A DNA stretch of 64,000 nt from the human T2T-CHM13v2.0 reference genome, Homo sapiens. Shown piece after piece: positions 52,073-64,000 of this stretch; within the stretch, counting starts at the first letter, position 1; each line of letters begins with the position of its first letter. The DNA lies in assembly GCF_009914755.1 (NCBI RefSeq), contig NC_060927.1. The stretch is one strand, 5' to 3'. Position numbers and translations under genes: made by a program. The notes under the pieces were generated by a model that did no database searches, was not told the DNA's origin, and saw only the letters and a list, made by a program, of their open reading frames with translations.

Positions 52073-53496
52073 TAGTCTTCATGATGCATAGTACCATGTT
52101 CACTGAAACTTGTACATATCAGACCTGTGTTCTCACTTTGCACTTACCAAAGGATTGCACAAAGTGAGTATAGGGTTTCAATATGCAGACATGACACTGT
52201 GCAAAGTGAGGATTACTTGTATATCTAAACAATAAATATGAAACAAATGTAATCCATCTAATCACATGAAAAAAATACCAGGAAGTCTCATGCATTGAGG
52301 GCAGCCAGTTCTGTATATTAAACACAGAACTCATAGACAGTCTTGTAAATCAAAGCCCTGGCAGAAAATAGCAATGAATGTCCAATCTCAGAGTGGAAAG
52401 GGTTTTAGTGATTGAAGAACCATGTGGTTACCATTTCAGAACCATTACATTGGCTTATGCCAGGCTCTTGATAGAGGCTATGTATGGATGGATACAAGAG
52501 GTAACGTGAAATATGTAGCTTACATGCTGAAACATGATCATTTCTAGGATATTTTAGTAGCTTCTGAAGACAATGAGGCAGAATATTTAGAATCCGTATG
52601 GTCCCAGGAATGCCTTAAAGTCCCCTAAAATCAAATAAACATCAGCATCGCTGGCGTCCTGCTGCTTCCCACAGTGAATGCTGTGACGGGCACAGAAAGA
52701 CTCACAGAACAATACATTTTAAGCCACTAAAGAGCCATGAAACTGCACAGCAAATCTATTTCAAAAGCTAAAATGCTGAGTTTATATCCTCTACAAAAGA
52801 AAGGGACACAGGAAAACAATTAGAAATGATGGAAGATGATGATAAACAGAAGTTTAAACAACTTTACAGGGAGCCAGGCTGCCTGGGAATGCTGAGGATC
52901 AGCCAGAGGGCAGAGCACAGGGTGCAGAGTGAGGACCTCCAGGTTTGGGAGTCGGCTGCTGAGCTCCAGGAGGTTCCAGAGATACCGCTGCACTGGGTCT
53001 TGGTTCTCAGCACCTTCACCAAGGGTCAAGGTGAAGGCTGAGGCATGTTCAAAGTCCACTAAAGATGAGATAAAATGGAATGAATGTGGGCTTTGGAATC
53101 TGCAAACCAACTCAGTCTCTCAGCTGGGGTCTTTGGCAGGTTCATTAACCTCTCTGAGCTCATTCTTGTGTTGTGAGAAGAGCCGTGGCGGGGGGTTAGA
53201 AACTTTTCGTGATAGTCCCAGAGCCAGCCTAGCGTTCCAGCAGCCTTGAGCAAATGGCATCCCCTTCTCCTCTTTTTCATTTTTCATCTGTAAAATGGAA
53301 ATTATAACTCCTTGCCATTTCCAGGGAGGTTGTGTGGACTGAATAAAGACATGTGTGAAAACACGTCAGTAAAACTCTGAACAAGTATAAGGGATTCTTA
53401 ACACCATTGTCAATGGCTATTTGGGAACCAATTCAACTCTCTACTTTTCTGAATAGAGACAAGCAGTTAGACAACTATGAAAGAAACACAAGACCC

Positions 53497-54336
<840 letters not shown>

Positions 54337-54829
54337 GACCCCCTAATCTCCTCTTCCCTGTTCAGTAGATACATGCTATAACACTTACCCTGGAAGACCT
54401 CTCCAAACTCTTATAAGTTCTCCCCATAAAAAGGTTCATACTTCTATGTTTCTAAAGAGCTTTGCCACCATTTTAGCAGCTTCTCCTAAAATCTCTTTAG
54501 AGACCTGCTTATAACTCATCCTTGGGGTTGGTGCTCCTGGAACCACTGTAAACAGGAGATCATCTGTCTGGTGCTCCTGGGACGTGAAGCTTCTTGGACC
54601 AGCTGCAGAGCAAGCAGCACTCTGTAGAAAGGGTGTAGAAGGGGCAGGAACTGTGACAGATGAAGGACACCATGATGTACTTTGAAGGGCCTGACATAGA
54701 CTTGCCACTTCCTCTCTCCTTTTGCCTCCCAGAAAGTGGGTCCATAGAGCCTTCTTCTTGCTCAGGTCACAACACAAACTAAATCTACCTTGCTTGGTGC
54801 CTGCACCAAGAGGTCAACCCCCTGAGTCC

Positions 54830-55020
54830 CTGGAATGAGCACTGGATTATGAGTCTAGAACCCTGTGATCCATTCCTAATTCTGCCACTCACCAGCTCTA
54901 CCAGATTTTCTTCATCTATAAAATGGGTCTATCACCTCCACCTGGCAGGGAGGTTGTGGACCACAGGTCAGACAGGAACGTAGAAGAGCACTGAAAATGA
55001 AAAGTGGTGAAATCATTATC
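54830..55020 (+). mobile_element. MIR fragment
   Basis: GAGCACTGGATTATGAGTC, TTCTGCCACTCACCAGCT, CTTCATCTATAAAATGGG, GGTTGTGGA. Confidence 0.65.
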
Positions 55021-57909
55021 ACCATCGTCTTCCACCAGTTGTCAACGCCTGGTTGGGGAGAAACCTCAAAGAGGACCAGGAAAACTGGATCAAAGTGTCC
55101 AGCTGGTAGAAGAAGAGTCAGCTGTAGGGCCTGATCCTCTGGCATTGGCTGCCCAGGGAGAGCGCAGTTGAGATGCATTCTCCCGGTGGGTAATAAAATG
55201 AGTTTACGTAGGGAGGAAGCAGGATGTATAAAGCCCAGGAGCCCGATCTGTTTCTGAGATCAAACAGAGCAGCATTGTGCCGGGGTGTGGAGCTGATGTC
55301 AGCGTCTAGAATGCTGGTTGGAATCACCCTGGTTACGCAGCTGGACCGGAATAAGGCAAGTCTGTATCTGAACTCATTAATTTTTACAACCAACTGAACT
55401 GTTCTGCCTTTTTTTGCGGGGGAGGCGGTAGGGGGAGGTGGTGCAGGAGGAGAACAAGGGAAGAAAGGCAAAGGGGAGGAGCTAGTATGTATGGAGCAGG
55501 GGGCTTCCCACCAGCAGACACTATCTCATTATTCCCCAGCAAACGCCAGCTTCGAACCCCCAGCCCCTGGGACAGTCAGGCCTAACCGCGGCAGCAGGTC
55601 CTGCCAGGGGAAGGAGAGAAACGGGCCAGTAAGACATAAGGATAATTAGAGTGGCACAAGCCGCTCCTAGGCGTTCAGGTTATGTCAATGTTTCCATTAT
55701 ATGCCTCACTTTTCAGGGGTTTATAACGGAGCTATAAAAACTCACGCCAGCTGAGAATTTGGCAGGCCAGGTCACAGCAGCAACGGAGGGACTGTTTTTT
55801 TAATTCAATTCAGCTGCTTGTAACTTGGGGTAGGGGAGGACGTGGTACACTTGGATAACTCAAAGGGGCTGGTTTGAAGTATGGGGCACTATTTTGCTGT
55901 GTGATCAGCCCTCCTCCTCCTACTGTCATTTCTTTGTGCTACAGGAAAAGGAACCGCATTATATAAATGCATCCCAAACACTTCCCAAGCCAAGAATGTA
56001 CAGACACTTTCCAAGCGCCAGCCAACTCAGCTTTTCCCCATTCCTAAGAAAGTATACAGGTCAGCCTCCTTCCAGCAAATGTGCAAACCATCTCACCCAA
56101 ACCTCTACACAAAAAATTAACAAGCTTCTGCAGATGAGCTGTTTGGTGCTCAATCTGTCCTATGATGAGATGATACATAGTAAGAGCTATTCCAGACAGA
56201 TCCCAGTATTTGGGACAGTCCTTTTGCATTCGTGTAACAGGATTTGGCCTGGTTGATCAGTGTTATCCAAATCTCATCGGATGGGGTTTGTTGGCCTCTC
56301 AGGCACAGAGTGAAGACAGCTCTTTCTCTATAATTTAGCCCAGAATCTCCAATTCAGTCAAAGTTCCCAAATCCTGCAGGATCTCTGACAGTCCAGTGCA
56401 CAGGTCCTTCCACATAGAGCATGGAGGCCTCTTTGATTTTCCTGTCAGAAGTCCTCTCTCTCTCCTCTGCTCTCCTACCTACTCTCTTCCTATTACACGT
56501 ATCCTTTGACTGCTGTGTTACATTTCAGTGATTTTTGCATGTCTTATGTATTTTACTGTATGGTGAGCCCCTTATGACAGAGTCCTGAGCTTATTAGTCT
56601 CTACTTTCTCCAATGTGCCAAATTTAGGTGGACTCTGCTCAGGAAATGTAGGTGGAATTAATTACGAAGTAATTAATGAATGACAATCAGAAGCCAGGTG
56701 GCAGACAGCAGAAATAAAAGTAAATGTTGAGCAGACAGGGACTTATCAATTCCTTCTTTCTTAATAGAAAACAGCATATCGAATTAATTTCTTACCTTGC
56801 TACTGATAGTAACATTAAAAAATGATAAAATGGGGGGAGGGAATCAAGATCCACAACCAGAGTACAGAAACACGATGCAAGCAATAACATGTATGTTCAT
56901 ATGCTCATAACTACGGTAACATAACAGTTATAAAAAGCAAATAAAAACATGTGTGTACCTCTACACACAACTCTATTAGCAAATACCTACAGGTACAATG
57001 AGAGAAGCATATTTTATTGCATGCACTGATTTTCCTCTCCATTATAACTTAGTCCCTAGCCCCTCATGCTTTGAAAGTGCTTTATAAACTATGAATAAGT
57101 AACTGCATACATAGAGAGGGATGATGTTGTAGCACTGTAGCACATAGAATATCCAATAAAAATTTGCCTAATGAATGAATGAACAAATGGGTGAACTACT
57201 ATGGTCATTTAACTGAAATAATACTTCTTCAAATGCTAAAGAAAATATTGTTAGTGATGGTAACTAATTTAAGTTCCATCATAAATACCCAGCTCTGATC
57301 CAAAAGTTAGTTAATGATAGGATTTCAGTCTTCCTTAGGGGTTCAGAAGACGGTGGCCAAATGTCACAGTCAACAGGGCAATGGACATACATGTTTGTGT
57401 GATTGAAAACTGGTCTTTCCAACAAATTTGCACTGATCTGGACAGTGGAAGGTAGCAGAGCTGGGAGGGTCCAAGTATGATGAAAGGGTAGGTGAAAAAA
57501 GATGATCAAAGTCAGAGGCTAGGATTGCTTTTATAAAGGAGCCTGGGATGAATTGCATTTTCTGGAAGATTTCTAGTGTTGCTCTATAATTTCTGTTTAA
57601 TTGGAATGTGAAGTTCTTCATAAATTAAGGAGTGTAGCTGAAGCTCATGTCTCTAAGTTAGGACACTGAACTAACTTGACTGCCCACCCTGAGATCAATC
57701 AATGGCCAAGAGAACTGAGATGACTACGACAATTTAGACCCATTATCATTCATCTTCTGGCACTGAGATAGAAAAAAAAGCCTAGCCCTGAAATCAAAGC
57801 ATCTCTCTGTACTGCCAAAACAACTCAGGACTCTGTTAGCAGGGAAAAGGGGATGGTTGTTAGGGAAGCATCCGACAGGGTCTGCCCCAGGGCAAAATAA
57901 GAAAAACTA

Positions 57910-58098
57910 GACGCTCTCAAAATGTGGTTCCCATACGAGCAGCATCTGGGAACTTCTTAAAAATGCAAATTCTTGCCCCCTGCCCCGCCCCCCAACACCC
58001 AGACCCACTGAATCAGAAACTCTAGGGTTGGGGGCACACAAACTGTGTTTTGATAAGCATCCAGGTGCTTCTGATACTTGCTCAGGTTTCAGAACCTG
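57910..58098. mobile_element. MER5A
   Basis: CTCTCAAAATGTGGTTCC..AGCAGCATCTGGGAACTTCTTAAAAATGCAAATTCT..CCCAGACCCACTGAATCAGAAACTCTAGGG..CCAGGTGCTTCTGAT..GTTTCAGAACC. Confidence 0.85.
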
Positions 58099-58234
58099 AG
58101 CAAGTCTAAGAAAAGTCTAAGAAAATGCTTAGCAATCATGCCAGATGACTCAGTGACATTACGGAGCATATGCTTCATCAAAGCCCTCTTACGAGAAAGA
58201 GAGGGGAGGATGCGGAAGGGAGAGAAAAAGAGAA

Positions 58235-58420
58235 ATTGACCTTTGTTGAATGCCTACCAAAGGGTGGGCAATGTCCTTGGTGCCTTCCCCTATCTCCTTG
58301 AAACTAATCCTCATAAACCACATTTTCCCAGACGAGAAAGCTGAGAATCAGAAGTTAAGTGACTGGGTCTGGTAAATGACACAGCTCAAATTCTAAGTTT
58401 GGTCTGATTCCAAGCCAGTG
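58235..58420 (-). mobile_element. MIR fragment
   Basis: TTGAATGCCTAC, TAATCCTCATA, CATTTTCCCAGACGAGAAAGCTGAGAATCAGA. Confidence 0.6.
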
Positions 58421-60899
58421 CAACTCCAACTGTTATACCTAATAGGGAACAATCCCAGTAAACTTAGATTTGCTCAATTTATAAAAATGCAATTTAGAAT
58501 AAAATGTATTTTTTTTTTTACTGAGCATTAGAGCCCTTTGCAGTTTTGCTCAGATCTATATCCCATCATTACCTTCACCGTAGCCCATAGCCCACACTCA
58601 CTCCCACACACACGTCGTGTCACCAGAAGGTCTGCACTCAGTCCCTCCTCCCTGGAATGCCCTCCTTGGTCTATTCTGCCTGTTGAACTTTATTCTTCTA
58701 TAAATAATTACACAACTAAAATTGGCTCTCCCTGACTATTTATAGTATAGCGCGTGAACCAATTTGCCACTCAACAATTGTCTATGTAATAAATAAAGGC
58801 AAGATTGCTTAGCTTGAAGTCTTCCTCTACCAAGAAGCACCTTCAAGTTTTCCTTTCTAACCCAATGGCATTTTGCTTGCATTTCTAATTTCTACATCTG
58901 TCCTATGATGGGATGATACATAGGCTGCCATCTCCCAACAAATGTGTAAATTCGCAAAGCCAAGGCTAGGTCTTACTCATCTCTCTAACCTCCACAGCAG
59001 CCAGCATAGGGTTTCACATTGAGTAAGTGCTCAAAATTACGTATGTAATTACATAGACAGGACTGAACTATATAACATGAAATGTACACCTCCACTTCAA
59101 AGAACAGGAGTTTTCAAGTAGCTGATGAATTCTACCATTTTAAATAAACAGAAGCATATTTCATGCTAACACTGTTGATGAAGGAGCAAGCCTTTCTTTT
59201 GGATCATTCCAGTGGATTTTGCATTGCCCTGTGCTTAGCTAATCTAATTCTGAGAATACAGTGTCACTGTTGGATGTTGAAATGGAGCCATTTGGGGAAG
59301 CTGAACGGAAAACCTCCCAGTAGGAATTATTGAGGCACCTGTTGAATTACCCATAATAAATGATACCGGCCAACTCACAGCATAATCTCCTCACACACCC
59401 TGTACCCTGACCATTCTCTCCCTGCTTGAACTTGTTGGATGACTTTCAAGAGTGTTTGGAAATTAAATATATCCAGTAGCCTCCAAAAAGTATCAAGGGA
59501 CAACTTTAAAAGTGACATTGAACCATAGATAATGATATTTCTTTATAAAGGTCTTTAAAAGAACACCTTTCTACAATAAATTTTGAGTGTTAGGGGAATG
59601 ACAGGGTTAGAAGGAAGGATTGGAGAGAAAATATGAAAATGGTTAATAAAATCTGGGACTTTCTAGGCAGACAACACCACAGGTTCAAAGAAAGCTTATA
59701 AACATAAATATCAAAGAAGATAGTAATAATGTGTTCAATTACTCTTTCACTCCTTTTCTCTCCTTAGTTATTCTTCAGTATTTCCTGGACTTTCATTTTC
59801 AATAACTAACAGTAAGGATTTATCAATTACTTTCCATACCACAGGGCTCAGCCTGAGAGGCAAAAAGAGAAAGAAAGGATGGCTGCCATGTCTTATGTGT
59901 TTTTACCTTTTAAGGATGTAGATATGCTTTCATATTCTTGATCTCATTCCATGCAAGGTACTATTCTCATTTTAAAGATGAGTAAATGGGAGGCTGAGTG
60001 AGGGCTGAAGCTCATGTCTTCTGACTCCAAGTCCTGTGCTGCTGCAAAGACTCAGATGGTTTTTAATAAATTTATAGCATAAAATATATGCTCTCACAAT
60101 ATAAAAAGCCTTAAAGGATGTGTTTTATAGACCTCTGGGTAACAAGGCATTGCATTTAAGTGTTTAACTTCCTCTACACCAACAGCCCCTCTGAAACAAC
60201 CCAGAGAAGCATAAAAAAGGAAAAGCTTTGGTGAAAGGGGAGAAAAAGTACTACAGCAATGTTGGGAACAAGGCAAGTGCACCTTCCACATGGTAGAAAT
60301 TGGCACCATCCTTTTCAATATGGCTTAGATGGGACCAGAGGACGGGAGACACTGTGGACAGTCTTGCAGCTCTTCTTCCTCAAAAACAGCAGTGGTTATA
60401 GGAAGTAAAGGGCAGAAGGACCTTGAGATCCCCACCAAACATGACTGCCCCACTTCAGTTTTGGAGGGCTGAGGGAGTGTCGTGTGCAGGTTAGGTAAGA
60501 AGACCAGGACTTGCTTCAGCTGTAGATGAGGAGCATTTGAAAGCAGTAGCAGTAGGAGACCCCGGCATAAGCACAATGGCTCCATTACACGGATATTATA
60601 CAAGGGAGCCAACTTCACCTTGTGGACAACAACTCAAGGAAGGAGATAGAAGAAAACACAGCTTCATCCTAGTGTTAAGTCAGGCAGAAAGAAAATGAAA
60701 TGCAGAAAGTCAGCACAGGACCCAGCAGCTGCATCACTGGTAGAGAAGGGTGCAGACAAGGAGCCCCAGTCCTCTCCCTAAGCCTGTGGTAATTCCAGCT
60801 CCCTCCTTCTGCCTCTGTCCCCTATTGTCTGCCCTTGATCCCAGCTTCTTCTCTACTCCCCTCCATCTGTTGCACGTCTTAAGCAGTCACATAAATTTA

Positions 60900-62483
<1,584 letters not shown>

Positions 62484-62799
62484 TTTATTTTTATTTTATT
62501 TTATTTATTTATTTTTTTGGAGACAGGGTCTCACTCTGTTGCTCAGGCTGGAGTGCAGTGGTGCAATCTTGGCTCACTGCAGCCTCTGTGTCCTGGGCTC
62601 AAGGGATCCTCCCACCTCAGCCTCCTGAGTACCTGGGACCACAGGCACATGCCACCATGCTCAGTTAAAAAAAAAAAATGTAGAGATGGGGGTCTCACTA
62701 CATTGCCCATGCTGGTCTTGAACTCCTGGGTTCAAGTGATTCTCTTGCCTTGGCCTCCCAAAGTGCTGAGATTACAGGCATGAGCTAGCATGCCCAGCT
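62484..62799 (-). mobile_element. AluJ element
   Basis: GAGACAGGGTCTCACTCTG, CCTGGGCTCAAGGGATCCTCCCACC, GTAGAGATGGGGGTCTCACTACATTGCCC. Confidence 0.92.
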
Positions 62800-63061
62800 G
62801 TCATAGTGGTTGCTAAAAATCAATTAAACATCCTCTAAAGTATGGTTGTAAAAGACATTTTAAATACAAAACAGTAATTCTTGAAAGAGAAAATAATTTT
62901 TAAAATAATAACTGGCACACCTTTGTCAAAATTCAATGAATGCACACTTAAAATTTGTGTATTTCATTGTTTGTAAATTTTGCCTCAAAGAAAAATACTG
63001 CAAGCAATTATTAAACTCTAGTTAATGATATTTATGCAGAAGTATTCAAGAAGTATATTGA

Positions 63062-63523
63062 TGTCTTTGTCTGTTTTACATTGCTATAAATGAATAGCTG
63101 AGACTGAGTAGTTTATAAAGAAAAAAGGTTTATTTAGCTCAGAGTTCAGCTGGATGAGGGACTGGGCATCTGGTGAAAGCCTCAGGCTGCTTCCATTCAT
63201 AGTGAAAGCAAAGGGAAGCCAGCGTGTTCAGAGACCACATGGTGAAGGATGGAGCAAGAGAGAGGAGGAGGGGAGCTGCCAGGCTCTATTTAACAACCAG
63301 CTCTCTAAGGAACTAATAGAGCAGGAACTCACTCATTCCTTCCCATACCAGGGACAGCATTCATCTATTCCTTAGGGATCCACCCCAACAACCTGAAGGC
63401 CTCCCACTAGGCCCACCTCACCTCCCACTAGGCCCCACCTCACCTCCCACTAGGCCCTACCTCCAATATTGAGGATCAAATTTCAACATGCGATTTGGAA
63501 GAATCAAACATCAAACTACAGCA
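63062..63523 (-). mobile_element. MSTB-like MaLR solo LTR
   Basis: TTGCTATAAATGAATAGCTGAGACTG..TTTATAAAGAAAAAAGGTTTATTTAGCTCA, GGGCATCTGGTGAAAGCCTCAGGCTGCTTCCA, GATCAAATTTCAACATG..AAACTACAGCA; perfect TSD ATTGA (63057-63061, 63524-63528). Confidence 0.9.
63400..63463. repeat. 21-22-bp tandem triplication inside MSTB
   Basis: CCTCCCACTAGGCC(C)CACCTCA-like unit x3. Confidence 0.9.
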
Positions 63524-64000
63524 ATTGATATTTTCAATTTACTTTGAAATGCATTTGTTTTAAACACGGGTTGATAGATGGACAGAACATGATACAGCAA
63601 GTATAGGAAAATGGCGATGGTAGACACGTGGGTGTTTACTGTAGAATTCTTTCAACTTTTCTGTATGTTTGAAAATGTTTATAAAACAGTACGTTGGAAA
63701 TAAAGATAACCCCTGAGTCTAAAGTCCAAAATTAAATACATAAAATAAGAAACTGAGTGAACTTAGGAAGGAGGGGAAAATAAAAGGTTATTTCTTCACC
63801 TTGCATAAGAAACAATCAATAGGTAGCATTTTTAAAAATCAAAAATTGGGAAAATATAGATTCGTGTATTTTTAAAATTTTCAGGGCAATCCCAATAGAA
63901 TTTTAAAATAGGACCTATACCTTCCATATCACTAGTGGAAAAATAGAAAATACAAACAACATAACACAAACAATTTTAAGCAGAGAGCAAGAAAATATTT

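Larger units (their letters stand above)
62915..63700 (+). mobile_element. L1MC4/L1ME-like 3' end interrupted by MSTB
   Basis: GCACACTTAAAATTTGTGTATTTCATTG, AACTCTAGTTAATGATA ... CAATTTACTTTGAAATGCA, TTCTTTCAACTTTTCTGTATGTTTGAAAAT. Confidence 0.7.

Noticed and set aside
52820-53110. LRR-like peptide LPNLEVLTL on the minus strand
   Set aside because: A single motif without repeats or convincing splice sites; probably chance. A tblastn/phyloCSF check would settle it.

Overview
Primate (very probably human) non-coding genomic DNA dense in interspersed repeats. I find no credible host protein-coding exon, rRNA, tRNA or CRISPR array, and I cannot name the locus from sequence alone. The dominant feature is a ~5.8 kb 5'-deleted HERV-L provirus (17616-23437: degraded gag-pro-pol-dUTPase plus a 3' MLT2A1 LTR) sitting inside an L2. 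The window also holds about 16 Alu/FLAM elements, including a very young AluYd-type copy, several old L1/HAL1 pieces, solo MaLR/ERVL LTRs with target-site duplications (TSDs), hAT DNA transposons, and MIR/L2 fragments. Nearly all ORFs in the track are chance or repeat-derived. The most interesting signals are: Trp-to-stop (G-to-A) changes in the HERV-L suggestive of APOBEC3 editing; DUX-type motifs in its LTR; the young AluYd; a SOX/OCT composite motif in unique DNA; a CAGCTG E-box cluster; a fold-back duplication within an MLT1C LTR; and a candidate exon whose splice donor is built from an LTR target site. I do not see evidence for a new multi-gene system. Repeat subfamily names come from my recollection of consensus sequences and need RepeatMasker/Dfam confirmation; boundaries of old repeats are approximate.
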